A DNA stretch of 64,000 nt from Candidatus Magasanikiibacteriota bacterium (GTDB lineage: Bacteria; Patescibacteriota; Patescibacteriia; Magasanikbacterales; UBA922). Shown in pieces: positions 1 to 9,779 of this stretch. The position numbers were made by a program, and so were the translations under genes. Where the stretch lies: assembly GCA_042218065.1 (NCBI GenBank), contig JBDGRL010000002.1, forward strand, positions 15,539 through 79,538. The letters run 5' to 3'. The notes beneath the pieces were generated by a model that did not search any database, had not been told where the DNA came from, and saw only the letters and a program-made list of their open reading frames with translations. The first letter of the stretch is position 1. Each line of letters begins with the position of its first letter.

Positions 1-354
1 ATTTTATTAATATTCTTCTTATTGTCTGGACCAGAAGTGCAAAAACATTTTTTCATCTCTTTTGATTTATTTTTTAACCATTCACTATATTCCTTTCTTT
101 TATTCTTAGAAGCATACATTTTACAATCCACCAAAGAAAAATCAATTACAAATCTTTTTTGAGCATACTTTCTCATATTCTTCTTGCCTTGAGTGCAATT
201 TCTTACTTTTTTAGTGCTGCGTATAGTTGAGTTTTTTTCAGGAATTTTACAGTAGCAAAAACCGGCTGAATAAGTTATATCAGGTAAAAATAAAAAATAA
301 AATAATGAAAATATAAGTATAGTTTTTGAAAACCTATTGGACATTACATACTGC

Positions 355-876
355 TTAAAAAGCCTGCATAACAAAACTAACCAGTGCATAGCTGGCAAAT
401 ATTGCTACCAAGCCTAAGGAAGACCACAGGATTGTTTTTAATCCTTGTAGATATCTGTCGGATTGACCTTCTGAAGTCATGATAAGCAATCCTCCATAGA
501 TGAACATTACTAGACCAACTGTGCCTACTACCTGTAGGAGTATTTTTATTACTCTTCCTACTGCTTGACTTGCTGCTTGTGTGCTGGTTGTTTTTGTTTC
601 TTGGAATTTATTTAAATTCTCTAATCTGTTCTCCACTCCTTTTGTAATAGGGTTTTTAACTGTTTCTGTATTTTCTTTTGATTTACTCCAACTACAGCTT
701 TGAAAAACAGGGGATTTTTTTTCATTCTCTTTGCATTGTTTTTCGTTCTCAGCAGAAGTTACCAACTCTTTACCATTTTTCTTCTCACACATGCATTTTT
801 CTTGAGCAGAAGCAACACCAGAAAGAAATAAAAAAATAAACAAAAACAATGAAAAAAAAGTAATTTTTTTAAGCAT
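355..876 (-). CDS. Secreted Cys-rich membrane protein with a signal peptide and two C-terminal TM helices (TrbC/VirB2-pilin-like topology)
   Basis: The N-terminus MLKKITFFSLFLFIFLFLSGVASA looks like a Sec signal. A Cys-rich hydrophilic middle is followed by two hydrophobic helices at the C-terminus. The topology is typical of conjugative/T4SS-type pilins; no motif-level identification was made. Confidence 0.35.
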   Translation of the reverse strand: MLKKITFFSLFLFIFLFLSGVASAQEKCMCEKKNGKELVTSAENEKQCKENEKKSPVFQSCSWSKSKENTETVKNPITKGVENRLENLNKFQETKTTSTQAASQAVGRVIKILLQVVGTVGLVMFIYGGLLIMTSEGQSDRYLQGLKTILWSSLGLVAIFASYALVSFVMQAF

Positions 877-886
877 ATGAAATAAC

Positions 887-1744
887 CTAATTAATTAGGC
901 CTTTCTTTTTAGCGAAATGCATCTCCGCTTTCAGCATTGCTTCAGGGTTTCCAGTATCAAAATACTCTCCTTCATATTCATACGCATAAAATGGAGCACC
1001 TTCATTTAACATTCGGTTTGCAGCATCGGAAACCCATATTTCATCATCCTTACCTCTGTCTTGAGTCTCTAAATACTTCCAGATCTCATTCGTGAAGATA
1101 TAGCGCATACCTGCAATTATTATACCATGATCAGAAACATTATCCATATCTGGTTTTTCAACTAACTTATCTACTTTATAAGTTCTGTCTTCATCTGTAG
1201 AACTTACATATACATTACCATATTTAGTCATCTCTTGCTTATCTTCTAATTTCTGCACTCCTATAACACATTCTTGAGTTTCATGATAAGCATTGAGCAT
1301 CTGCTTAACTGGAGGAGTGTCATAATCAATTACGCTATCCCCATCAGAGAAAGCAAACGATTCGTCTCCTACAAACCTTTTTGCTTGTAAAAGAGCATGT
1401 CCGTTACCTAAAGGACGTGATTGTCTGGTGTAATAAAAGTCTACATCTTCACAAACATCAATGACAGATTGTATCCTATCTTTTTTACCTTCTTTTTCAA
1501 GATATTCTTCATAATCATAATCCCTGTCAAAATGATCCTCGACTGCATTCTTGTTTGAACTAGTCACTAATAAAATATCTTCAATTCCACTTTCCGCCAT
1601 CTCCTCTACAATATATTGAAGAACGGGTTTACCCAAGACGGGTAACATTTCTTTTGGCATGGCTTTTGTTGCCGGTAAAAAACGAGTACCAAGACCAGCC
1701 GCAGTAATTACTCCTTTTTTAACTTCTTTTTGGTAAGCAGACAT
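887..1744 (-). CDS. galU: UTP-glucose-1-phosphate uridylyltransferase
   Basis: The N-terminal motif KGVITAAGLGTRFLPATKAMPKEMLPVLGKP matches the GalU nucleotidyltransferase signature. Confidence 0.85.
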   Translation of the reverse strand: MSAYQKEVKKGVITAAGLGTRFLPATKAMPKEMLPVLGKPVLQYIVEEMAESGIEDILLVTSSNKNAVEDHFDRDYDYEEYLEKEGKKDRIQSVIDVCEDVDFYYTRQSRPLGNGHALLQAKRFVGDESFAFSDGDSVIDYDTPPVKQMLNAYHETQECVIGVQKLEDKQEMTKYGNVYVSSTDEDRTYKVDKLVEKPDMDNVSDHGIIIAGMRYIFTNEIWKYLETQDRGKDDEIWVSDAANRMLNEGAPFYAYEYEGEYFDTGNPEAMLKAEMHFAKKKGLIN

Positions 1745-1844
1745 GATTTATTGTGTTATTAAAATTTTAATTTATATGTTTTTATTAGCTTCAATGTTAT
1801 TGAAGGATACCATTTTAAAGAATAGTTTCAACTTTTATTAAAAA

Positions 1845-1870
1845 TACCCGCCTCTCGGCGGGTATTTTAT
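1845..1870 (-). terminator. Rho-independent terminator downstream of the rpsF-ssb-rpsR operon
   Basis: The hairpin ACCCGCC-TCTC-GGCGGGT lies immediately 3' of the rpsR stop. On the minus strand it is followed by a T-rich run. Confidence 0.5.
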
Positions 1871-1888
1871 AACTCAATTATTATGTAC

Positions 1889-2113
1889 TTATTGTCTAGT
1901 ATCGTAGGGAAGCAAGCCAGCTTGTCTAGCCTTTTTTATAGCAGTCGAAATATCTCTTTGATGCTTAGCACAAATACCAGTACGCTCTCTTGGTCTTATC
2001 TTTAGGTTTGTAGTCAGAAATCTTTTTAATAAATCTACATCACGATAATTAATCTCAAGCTGGTTTGCATCAAAGAAGCATTCATTTTTATCTAACTCTT
2101 CAAGTGTTTTCAT
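1889..2113 (-). CDS. rpsR: 30S ribosomal protein S18
   Basis: RPRERTGICAKHQRDISTAIKKARQAGLLPY matches the S18 signature. It sits in the operon with rpsF and ssb. Confidence 0.9.
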   Translation of the reverse strand: MKTLEELDKNECFFDANQLEINYRDVDLLKRFLTTNLKIRPRERTGICAKHQRDISTAIKKARQAGLLPYDTRQ

Positions 2114-2144
2114 ATTCTCTAAATTATCTTAATTAATTTTAAAA

Positions 2145-2624
2145 TTAAAATGGAATATCTTCTACTTCAATTTCTTCTTCATCTTGTTCTCCAGGTCCGC
2201 CACCTGACTGATTTTGTGGTTGTTGCGGCTGACCTCCGCTTTGTTGTTGGGACTGTTGAGGGGGTGGTGGCTGCCCTTGACCTTGAGACTGACCCTGCTC
2301 TCCTCCAAGCATAATTAAATTGTTTACCACTATCTCTGTTCTATATCTCTTTACTCCGTCATCGCCCGTCCAGTCTCGTGTCTGTAATCTGCCTTCACAA
2401 TAAACTCTCCTACCTTTTGAAAGATATTGTCCAGCTATTTCTGCTAATTTACCCCAAATTACACAATTGTGAAACTCAGTCCTTTCTTGTTGTTCTCCAT
2501 TATCATCGGTCCAAACTCGGTTTGTAGCTACAGTCATGTTAGCTACACTTCTGCCTGAAGGCGTGCTTCTAAGTTCTGGATCCTGCGTCAATCTACCTAA
2601 AATTGTAGCCCTATTCAGGTCCAT
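2145..2624 (-). CDS. ssb: Single-stranded DNA-binding protein
   Basis: An OB-fold region precedes a Gln/Gly/Pro-rich linker and the acidic C-terminal tail EEEIEVEDIPF (the SSB DIPF tip). It lies between rpsF and rpsR. Confidence 0.9.
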   Translation of the reverse strand: MDLNRATILGRLTQDPELRSTPSGRSVANMTVATNRVWTDDNGEQQERTEFHNCVIWGKLAEIAGQYLSKGRRVYCEGRLQTRDWTGDDGVKRYRTEIVVNNLIMLGGEQGQSQGQGQPPPPQQSQQQSGGQPQQPQNQSGGGPGEQDEEEIEVEDIPF

Positions 2625-2665
2625 AAAATAAAATTAATGTGAATTATGTGTTTATTATAACACAA

Positions 2666-3247
2666 TTACACATCTGATAAATCTTCGTCATCATCTAAAA
2701 TATCATCCAACTTATCGTCTATTTCTTCTATTGAAACATCTTCATCTTCTTCGGTTTCTGTTCGTTTGTCAACGTCTTCATCCTCCTCAGTAGCTTCATC
2801 TTCTTCGGCTTCCTCTTTTTGACTAGAATCTGTTTTAGTTTCATCGACGTCCTCTTGTTTTTTTTCAAAATATTCTTCTTTTTCATCAATCCACTCGAGT
2901 ATCTCATCTCTGTTTTTAATGGATTTTATCTCATTAATTTCTCTTCTTTTTTCTTTTTGTTCAGGATCAACCTGTTCAATCATGGCTCTTAGTAGACTTG
3001 ATATTTTGTTCAACTCCTCTTGAAGCTGGTCGTTATTAGATGGTTCTAAATTATAGTTAAATAAGAAATAATAACCATACTTAATGCCGTCCATTTGGTA
3101 TGACATCTTTGTTTTACCCAAATCTCTAACATCTAAATTTTCAGCACCTAAATCTTTTAATATGTCTTTTACTTTTTCTAGTTCCGGCTCCAATTCGGTC
3201 TCTGTCAAAGTTCCGGGCAAAACAGTTAATAGTTCATATTGTTTCAT
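2666..3247 (-). CDS. rpsF: 30S ribosomal protein S6 with a long acidic C-terminal extension
   Basis: The S6-like N-terminus MKQYELLTVLPG...DLGKTKMSYQM is followed by about 90 aa of an extremely Asp/Glu-rich tail. It is first in the rpsF-ssb-rpsR operon. Confidence 0.8.
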   Translation of the reverse strand: MKQYELLTVLPGTLTETELEPELEKVKDILKDLGAENLDVRDLGKTKMSYQMDGIKYGYYFLFNYNLEPSNNDQLQEELNKISSLLRAMIEQVDPEQKEKRREINEIKSIKNRDEILEWIDEKEEYFEKKQEDVDETKTDSSQKEEAEEDEATEEDEDVDKRTETEEDEDVSIEEIDDKLDDILDDDEDLSDV

Positions 3248-3315
3248 AAATCTTTAATTTAGTTATACAAGTGGAAGTAATATAGGAAATTTTTTTATTT
3301 TTGTCAACAACTTTA

Positions 3316-4002
3316 TTAAGCACCAAAGTTTCTTTCTCTAGTGTTAAAGAACTCAATAGCTTCATCCAGGTCTTTTTGGTCAAAAGCGGGCCAAAGAGTA
3401 TCAGTAAAAAAGTACTCAGCATAAGCAGCTTGCCAAATTAGGAAATTAGAGATTCTTTTCCTAGCACCAGTTCTTATCAACAAATCAACAGGAGGCATAT
3501 CACCTGTATCAAGAAAATCACCAAAGGTTCCCTCATCTAAGTCTTCAGGCTTTACGTCAGACTCCATAACCCTCCTTGCAGCCCTGGTAATCTCATCTCT
3601 ACCTCCATAATTTATAGCTAAAGTTAAAGTTAAGCTTTCATTCTCTTTGGTTTCTTCTTCTACTTTTTGTATTGTCTCTCTGGTATCTTCTGGTATTTTG
3701 CTTAAATCTCCAATCGTGTTTAATTTTACGTCATTTTCTAACAACTCATCCAGGTGATTAATCAATCTTTCAAATAAAGAAAAGAGGTGGTTCAACTCTC
3801 TCTCACTTCTTTCTTTTAAATTTTCAGTAGATAAAGCAAAGACCGTCAAATAAGGTATATCCTCTTCTAAAACAAGCTCACCTACATCTTTTAAGTTTTT
3901 ACCTCCTTCAGTATGTCCTTTTAATTTAGGTAACCCTTTACTTTTCGCCCATCTCCTGTTTCCATCCATGATTATTGCTAAATGTTTTAATTGATTGCTC
4001 AT
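3316..4002 (-). CDS. uppS: Undecaprenyl-diphosphate synthase
   Basis: HLAIIMDGNRRWAK is the classic cis-prenyltransferase motif, and the C-terminus carries RTGARKRISNFLIWQAAY. Confidence 0.9.
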   Translation of the reverse strand: MSNQLKHLAIIMDGNRRWAKSKGLPKLKGHTEGGKNLKDVGELVLEEDIPYLTVFALSTENLKERSERELNHLFSLFERLINHLDELLENDVKLNTIGDLSKIPEDTRETIQKVEEETKENESLTLTLAINYGGRDEITRAARRVMESDVKPEDLDEGTFGDFLDTGDMPPVDLLIRTGARKRISNFLIWQAAYAEYFFTDTLWPAFDQKDLDEAIEFFNTRERNFGA

Positions 4003-4102
4003 ATTTTTTTATTTGATCTTTACACAAAGATAAGGATAGTGAAAAAGATTGAAAAAAGCAAGTTTTTGTGCTACAATTGTGTTTGTAAAATACAAGATAC
4101 AA

Positions 4103-4186
4103 GCCGCGGTGGTGGAATTTGGTAGACACGGGGGATTTAAGATCCTCTGGGCTTTGCCTGTGCGGGTTCGAATCCCGCCCGCGGCA
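4103..4186 (+). tRNA. tRNA-Leu (anticodon TAA)
   Basis: Acceptor stem GCCGCGG/CCGCGGC with discriminator A. The anticodon loop is TT-TAA-GA, there is a long variable arm (type II), and the T-arm is GCGGGTTCGAATCCCGC. Confidence 0.8.
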
Positions 4187-4191
4187 CAAGT

Positions 4192-4264
4192 TGTGGATAA
4201 TTCTGTGTGTAACCTCCTTCTAATGTGGATAAATAAGGGTGATTTCCACAATTTCTGTGTATAA
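4192..4264. promoter_or_regulatory. Trio of DnaA-box 9-mers immediately 3' of tRNA-Leu
   Basis: Perfect TGTGGATAA at 4192-4200 and 4224-4232, plus TGTGTATAA at 4256-4264. Confidence 0.4.
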
Positions 4265-4363
4265 CTTGCCCTTAGAAGGCTGGTCATTATCAACAATCTC
4301 TAGATTGTAAAAATGATAAAAGTTTTATATAATTAACCTACTTAATAAATAATTCAAAAAAAT

Positions 4364-4609
4364 ATGGGAGAAATAAGTAAAGAAGAGCTTGAAAAAGAAA
4401 AGAAGCTAATATTAAAAAAATTAATCGATCACGCTGAATACAGTCCAAAACTGGAAGAAAAAATTAAAGCTAAATTTGAAGACTTAGGTGATGATGTAGA
4501 CGATAGTGTTCATGAGGTAGAACAGATGGAAGTGGAAACTACTGTGGTTTCTTTGCTTTTCGATAGACTTGAAGATATAAACAAAAAACTAGAACAAAAA
4601 GAAAAATAA
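4364..4609 (+). CDS. Hypothetical small acidic coiled-coil protein
   Basis: Complete ORF with a Lys/Glu-rich sequence; no recognisable motif. Confidence 0.35.
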   Translation: MGEISKEELEKEKKLILKKLIDHAEYSPKLEEKIKAKFEDLGDDVDDSVHEVEQMEVETTVVSLLFDRLEDINKKLEQKEK

Positions 4610-4619
4610 TTATAATAAA

Positions 4620-5075
4620 TTGCTCCAAGGAGATACACTCAAAAAAACCCGCCCAAGTTACTATCTTCTTGTTGGCGGTGTTTTTTTAATTATTGATCAA
4701 TTTTTAAAATTCTTAGCAAGAACTCATACAAATTATAGTTACTATCTCTATAAGCCATGGGTCGGCTGGGAGTATTTTGAAAACACAGGTATAGCATTTG
4801 GTTTAAATATACCGACCTGGTTTTTAATTATCATAACTCCAATTATACTTGTTTTATTTGTACATTTATTTTTAGAAAAGTCCTTCCTTGCAAAAACAGG
4901 TATCTTGAGTTTACTTTTACCGGGTGCCATTTCAAATTTTATAGATAGAATTTTATTTGGAGTTACGATAGATTATCTGAGATTTTTTACAACTCTATTT
5001 AACATAGCTGATGTCTTAATAATATCCGGAATTTTAATCTTAATATTTCATTACCTTAACAAAGAAGAAGGGTAA
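4620..5075 (+). CDS. lspA: Lipoprotein signal peptidase (signal peptidase II)
   Basis: Four TM segments carry the conserved motifs NTGIAFG, GAISNFIDR and FNIADV. Confidence 0.8.
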   Translation: MLQGDTLKKTRPSYYLLVGGVFLIIDQFLKFLARTHTNYSYYLYKPWVGWEYFENTGIAFGLNIPTWFLIIITPIILVLFVHLFLEKSFLAKTGILSLLLPGAISNFIDRILFGVTIDYLRFFTTLFNIADVLIISGILILIFHYLNKEEG

Positions 5076-5096
5076 ATTTTATATAAATTAAATCCA

Positions 5097-6614
5097 ATGT
5101 TTTCTAATCTAAAATCAGCCACAGTTATAGGTTTAGAATGTCGTTCGGTTTCTATAGAAGTGGATATCTCAGGTAGCTGGCCCGCTTTTCAGATAATAGG
5201 ACTACCAAATACCGCAGTTCAAGAAGCAAAAGAAAGAATACGGGTAGCCTGGAGAAACAGCGGCTACTCTTTCCCTAATAACAAAAGAATTATAATCAAT
5301 TTAGCTCCTGCAGATGTACGAAAACAAGGAACAGCCTTTGATTTACCTATGGCGTTAGGTTTATTTTTAGCAGAAAAACAAATAGATATAGATCTCTCAA
5401 ACTGTTTATTTACCGGAGAACTAGCTTTAAATGGACAAGTTAGACATACGAAAGGAGTGCTTCCTTTAGCAATTTTTGCTAAAGAACAAGGTATAGAAAA
5501 TCTTTTCGTCCCACAAGCAAATGCAGAAGAGGCAGCGGTTATCGAAGATATAAATGTCTTTCCTGTAGAAAATCTAAAACAAATATTAGATCATATAACC
5601 AAAAAAGAGAAGATTGAATCTGTAAACAGAAAAAACAAAGAAAATTTATTAGAATACAACGACCATCAGATTGATATATCAGAAATAAAAGGTCAAAGTT
5701 TCGCCAAAAGAGCACTAGAGATATCAGCGAGCGGATCTCACAATGTTTTATTAGAGGGTCCGCCGGGCGCAGGAAAAACCATGCTTGCAAAATCTTTTCC
5801 TTCTATTTTACCAAAGCTAACTGTAAGTGAGGCTATAGATGTAACAAAAGTCTACTCAGTAGCAGAAGAGCTTCCAGAGGATAAACCTATGATTACCAAA
5901 AGACAGTTTCGGGCACCTCATCACTCAGCCAGCTCTTCTTCTTTGGTGGGGGGAGGAAGGTACCCTTCACCTGGAGAAATATCTCTAGCTCATCGTGGTG
6001 TATTATTTTTAGATGAATTCCCAGAATTTCCACGAGATGCAATCGAAAACCTTAGACAACCTCTAGAAGAAGGTCAAGTCACCATTTCTAGATCTGAGGG
6101 CAGACACACCTTCCCTGCTGATTTTATGCTTATTGCAAGCCAAAACCCTTGTCCTTGTGGGTTTGCAACAGATGAAGAAAAGTCATGCAACTGCACACCC
6201 GGTCAAATAAAAAGATATAACAAAAAAATTAGCGGACCAATAAAAGACAGAATCGATTTATATGTGGAAGTATCCAGAGTAAAATATGAAAAATTAAGCA
6301 AGGACACGAAAAAAGAAAAATCAAAAGAAGTCAAAAAAAGAGTAGAACAAGCAAGAGAAAGACAGCAAGAAAGATTTGAAGATGAGAATTACAATACAAA
6401 TAATGAAATGAGTAACGAAGATACAAATAAATACTGTCAAGTAAACCAAGAATCAGAACAACTTTTAAAACAAGCAGTAAATAAAATGAATCTAACTGCA
6501 AGAGGGTATCAGCGGGTCTTAAAAGTAGCTAGAACCATAGCAGACCTGGAACAATCGGAGGATATAGAAACTTCTCATGTAGCAGAGGCACTTCAATACA
6601 GAGATGATAAATAA
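5097..6614 (+). CDS. comM: YifB/ComM family Mg-chelatase-like AAA+ ATPase
   Basis: An N-terminal Lon-protease-like domain, a Walker A (LLEGPPGAGKTMLAK), a ChlI-type AAA+ core and a C-terminal domain. The size (505 aa) is typical. Confidence 0.85.
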   Translation: MFSNLKSATVIGLECRSVSIEVDISGSWPAFQIIGLPNTAVQEAKERIRVAWRNSGYSFPNNKRIIINLAPADVRKQGTAFDLPMALGLFLAEKQIDIDLSNCLFTGELALNGQVRHTKGVLPLAIFAKEQGIENLFVPQANAEEAAVIEDINVFPVENLKQILDHITKKEKIESVNRKNKENLLEYNDHQIDISEIKGQSFAKRALEISASGSHNVLLEGPPGAGKTMLAKSFPSILPKLTVSEAIDVTKVYSVAEELPEDKPMITKRQFRAPHHSASSSSLVGGGRYPSPGEISLAHRGVLFLDEFPEFPRDAIENLRQPLEEGQVTISRSEGRHTFPADFMLIASQNPCPCGFATDEEKSCNCTPGQIKRYNKKISGPIKDRIDLYVEVSRVKYEKLSKDTKKEKSKEVKKRVEQARERQQERFEDENYNTNNEMSNEDTNKYCQVNQESEQLLKQAVNKMNLTARGYQRVLKVARTIADLEQSEDIETSHVAEALQYRDDK

Positions 6615-6627
6615 AACTAGTATACAA

Positions 6628-8016
6628 TTAACGGATATATTTCAGAGGGTTTTTTCTTCGACCTCTTATCCTCACCTCAAAGTGTATATGAGGCCCGGTT
6701 GAACGCCCCGTAGACCCCATTGCAGCTACAGTATCACCTTGAGTTACCCTCTCACCCCTACTCACGTATAAACGGTAAGCATGAGCATATAAAGTCCTAA
6801 CTCCACCTCCATGATCTATCACCACATAACAACCATATCCACCATTCCAACCACAACTAGATCTCACCACTCTACCTGATTTAGATGCCAATAGGTCTGT
6901 TCCTCTTGGTCCTGCTATATCTAAACCAGTATGACGCCACCCAAAATATTGAGTTATATTATGCACGGTAGTCGGCCAGATATAACCTGAACCAGCAGGA
7001 GTATTAACAGAGCGGCTTGGAGAAGTAGCTTGTTGAACCGGGTTTTCCTCTGCTTCTGTTGTTTGCACTTCACTAGTTTCATCTTGAGTTTCGGTTCTAG
7101 TTTTTTCTCCATCAGGTACTATAAGCTTTTGTCCGACATTTATAGTTTGATTTTCCAGTTCATTATACTTCATTATCTTATCTACCTGAGCATCATACTT
7201 ATTAGCTATACCTTGTAAAGTATCCCCTGGACTAACTGTGTGTAAAACCCCGGAAACCGGTAAAATTTTCAGTGTATCCCCCGGCCTGATATATGAATTA
7301 TAACTAAGATCATTCGCCCAAAGAATGGTTCTGACACTTATACCATATCTATCGGCTATGCCACCCACTACATCGCCAGGTTTAACTGTATACTCAATTA
7401 TATCTTTCCTGTCGCTTTTCACTGAAGATGTAGCTATAGTCCTATAATTTCTATCAATAGAAGTGCCTGGTGGAATATTTGGTTTCATGATTGCAGTTCC
7501 ACCTATGTTGAACTTATTTAATTCTCTTTGATTTATACTTATCGAAGCAGAACTTAATTTCTTGGCTGCCACTACGCCTTGTCTCCATTTTGGGGTAATT
7601 TGAGTAACAGGGTTTGACCGCATCTTAATCTCTTCAATTTCAAAATTCTGATCACCGGGCCCAACTATAGAATAAAGTATAGTTTCTCTACCAGCTATAG
7701 AAGCAATATCCTTGTTGTATAACTTGCTGTGAGGAATGCTTACGACTACTGCTGCAATTAAAAAAATAACCTGCAAGGTGGATCTCTTCCCTAAAAAGCC
7801 GACAAAACCTTTATCTGTAGCAAACTTAAACTTTTCCGACCACTTTCCTAACCTTAATTTCCACTTGTAAAACCTAAAACCTAGCTTTTTCCTAATTATA
7901 TCAGACAAATACTCTATCAGGTTCCAAACCAATCCCAGCAACCAAAACAAAGCTTTTTTTACTAGCTTTAGTACTCTATATAGTAATAAAATTGTCTTGT
8001 AAAAATATATCTTCAT
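6628..8016 (-). CDS. LysM-domain M23 family metallopeptidase
   Basis: An N-terminal TM is followed by two LysM-like repeats (VKPGDVVGGIADRYGISV and VSPGDTLQGIANKYDAQV). The C-terminal M23 domain carries HTGLDIAG...VIDHGGGVRTLYAH...GSTGRSTGPHIHFEV. Confidence 0.85.
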   Translation of the reverse strand: MKIYFYKTILLLYRVLKLVKKALFWLLGLVWNLIEYLSDIIRKKLGFRFYKWKLRLGKWSEKFKFATDKGFVGFLGKRSTLQVIFLIAAVVVSIPHSKLYNKDIASIAGRETILYSIVGPGDQNFEIEEIKMRSNPVTQITPKWRQGVVAAKKLSSASISINQRELNKFNIGGTAIMKPNIPPGTSIDRNYRTIATSSVKSDRKDIIEYTVKPGDVVGGIADRYGISVRTILWANDLSYNSYIRPGDTLKILPVSGVLHTVSPGDTLQGIANKYDAQVDKIMKYNELENQTINVGQKLIVPDGEKTRTETQDETSEVQTTEAEENPVQQATSPSRSVNTPAGSGYIWPTTVHNITQYFGWRHTGLDIAGPRGTDLLASKSGRVVRSSCGWNGGYGCYVVIDHGGGVRTLYAHAYRLYVSRGERVTQGDTVAAMGSTGRSTGPHIHFEVRIRGRRKNPLKYIR

Positions 8017-8122
8017 TGTACCTGATTGGCTACATCTTCAGTATTATCAATAAATTTTGTGGTTTTGTCAATAATTATCACTTCAGACTGTTGAAATACT
8101 ATTCTAGCACGGATTCGAACAC

Positions 8123-8168
8123 CTTCCGAGCCTCGCTGATCAGACAAGATGAGGCTTCGGCCCGGAAG
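8123..8168. other. GC-rich nested hairpin in the divergent intergenic region between M23 and tig
   Basis: CTTCCGAGCC ... GGCCCGGAAG forms a 10-bp stem (one mismatch) enclosing GCCTC...GAGGC. GC-rich against an AT-rich background. Confidence 0.3.
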
Positions 8169-8379
8169 ATATTCTGCACCCTTTGAAAATGTAAGTTTTT
8201 TAATGTTCTTAACACTTAGATCGCTGAAAATTTTTAAAAACCAAATTCGTATCATTTTATTTCTAAAATTCACTGGTCACAAACAACCTGTCTTTGTTTT
8301 TTTCACTAAAAAGTTTTTGACAAAAACACTTCCTCTTGTTATAATTCCCCTCAGACTTATCTAAATTAACCAAAATCAA

Positions 8380-9684
8380 ATGGATTATAAAATCAATGAA
8401 CTTGATGGTTCAGAAGTTGAAATAGAGATTACCGTAGAACCGGAAGAATATAAAGAAGATATGAAAAAAGCAGCTGAACGAATCTCAAAAGAAGTCGATA
8501 TTGACGGTTTCAGACAAGGAAACGCTCCATATAGGGTAATCAAGAATGAAGTTGGGGAAATGAAAATAATGCAGGAGGCAATTCAAACTATAGCACAAAG
8601 AACCTATGTAAAAGCACTTAAGAAAGAGGATATTGAAAGTATAGGATCTCCAGAAGTAGATATTAAAAAAATGGCACCAGGTGATTCAGTCGAATTCACT
8701 GCCACAGTAGGAGTAATGCCGGAAGTTGACTTAGCAGACCCTAGTGAGTTGGAGGTAGAAAAAGAAGTAAAAGAAGTGAAAGAAGAGGATGTGCAAGATT
8801 CTATAGACAGCTTAAGAAAAATGCATGCAGATGAAGAAATTAAAGAAGGACCGGCTGAAGGTGATGATAAACTAGTGTTAGACATGAACATGTCTGTAGA
8901 TGGTGTACCAGTTGAAGGAGGTCAGGCTAAAGATTATCAAGTTTACTTAGATGAAGACGAACAACACATACCTGGTTTTAATGAAAAAGTGGAAGGTATG
9001 GAAGCAGGAGAAGAGAAAGAATTCACCTTAGACTTCCCAGAAAACCATTATCAACAAAATTTAGCTGGTAAAACTGTGGATTTCGATGTAACTGTAAATG
9101 AGGTATACAGTCAAGAACTACCTGAATTAGATGATGATTTTGCAAAAAAAATGGGACAAGAAGATGTAGAGGGTATCAAAAACTTAATCAAAGAAAATCT
9201 TAAACAAGAAGCTAAGAAGAAGGAAAACCAGCAATTTGAAATAAAACTCTTAAACAAAATGGTAGAAGAATCAGAGTTTGAAGAAATACCCGAAGTACTT
9301 GTAGATGCTGAAAGACAGAAGATGTACGAGGAGTTGAAAAATGATTTAGATAAAAATGGAGTAACAATTGAACAATATCTAGAAGATATCAAAAAAACAG
9401 AAGAAGAACTTCTAGAAGGGTTTACAGAACAAGCTACAAAAAGAGCAAAAACAGCTTTAATCTCAAGAAAATTAGCAGAAAAAAATGAAGATCTACAACC
9501 GAAAGAAGAAGAGATAGAGCAAGAAATAGAACGAATAAGACAAGCAAATCAAGGTAACGAAGAAATGGAAGAAAGACTACAAAACCAAGAAGTAAAAAAC
9601 ACTATAGCAACCACCGTCCAAAACAGAAAAGTTGTAGAATGGTTAAAAGATCAAGTTGAGGTAAAAGAAAAGAAAGAAGAATAA
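8380..9684 (+). CDS. tig: Trigger factor
   Basis: The N-terminal ribosome-binding motif GFRQGNAPYRVIKNEVG (the GFRxGxxP signature), a size of 434 aa and a central PPIase-like region. Confidence 0.9.
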   Translation: MDYKINELDGSEVEIEITVEPEEYKEDMKKAAERISKEVDIDGFRQGNAPYRVIKNEVGEMKIMQEAIQTIAQRTYVKALKKEDIESIGSPEVDIKKMAPGDSVEFTATVGVMPEVDLADPSELEVEKEVKEVKEEDVQDSIDSLRKMHADEEIKEGPAEGDDKLVLDMNMSVDGVPVEGGQAKDYQVYLDEDEQHIPGFNEKVEGMEAGEEKEFTLDFPENHYQQNLAGKTVDFDVTVNEVYSQELPELDDDFAKKMGQEDVEGIKNLIKENLKQEAKKKENQQFEIKLLNKMVEESEFEEIPEVLVDAERQKMYEELKNDLDKNGVTIEQYLEDIKKTEEELLEGFTEQATKRAKTALISRKLAEKNEDLQPKEEEIEQEIERIRQANQGNEEMEERLQNQEVKNTIATTVQNRKVVEWLKDQVEVKEKKEE

Positions 9685-9710
9685 ATAAAATTTTTTAAAA
9701 ATAACAAAAA

Positions 9711-9740
9711 AACACCCTTTTTTACAGGGTGTTTTTTTAT
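9711..9740. terminator. Bidirectional rho-independent terminator
   Basis: AACACCCT-TTTTTTAC-AGGGTGTT followed by TTTTTTAT, lying between the convergent tig (+) and DUF167 (-) genes. Confidence 0.6.
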
Positions 9741-9779
9741 TTAAATACTAAATTCTTTAAAGATTATTTCAATATTAAA

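Noticed and set aside
1-176. Partial minus-strand ORF running off the 5' edge (MRKYAQKRFVIDFSLVDCKMYASKNKRKEYSEWLKNKSKEMKKCFCTSGPDNKKNINKI...)
   Set aside because: It is truncated by the window and has no recognisable motif. It could be a real small basic Cys-containing protein, but the evidence is insufficient.
3938-4296. Three overlapping ORFs (3938-4189 minus, 4009-4296 minus, 4049-4264 plus) around 4.1 kb
   Set aside because: They overlap the tRNA-Leu gene and each other and are low-complexity; these are spurious reading frames across an RNA gene.
8101-8170. tRNA or tmRNA fragment suggested by GGATTCGAAC
   Set aside because: The flanking sequence does not form a T-stem or acceptor stem; it is a simple nested hairpin.
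5539-9392. Antisense or alternate-frame small ORFs (5539-5790, 7030-7218, 7992-8364, 8604-8891, 9111-9392)
   Set aside because: Each lies inside or antisense to a well-supported gene (comM, M23 peptidase, tig), or across the intergenic hairpin, and has low-complexity translations.
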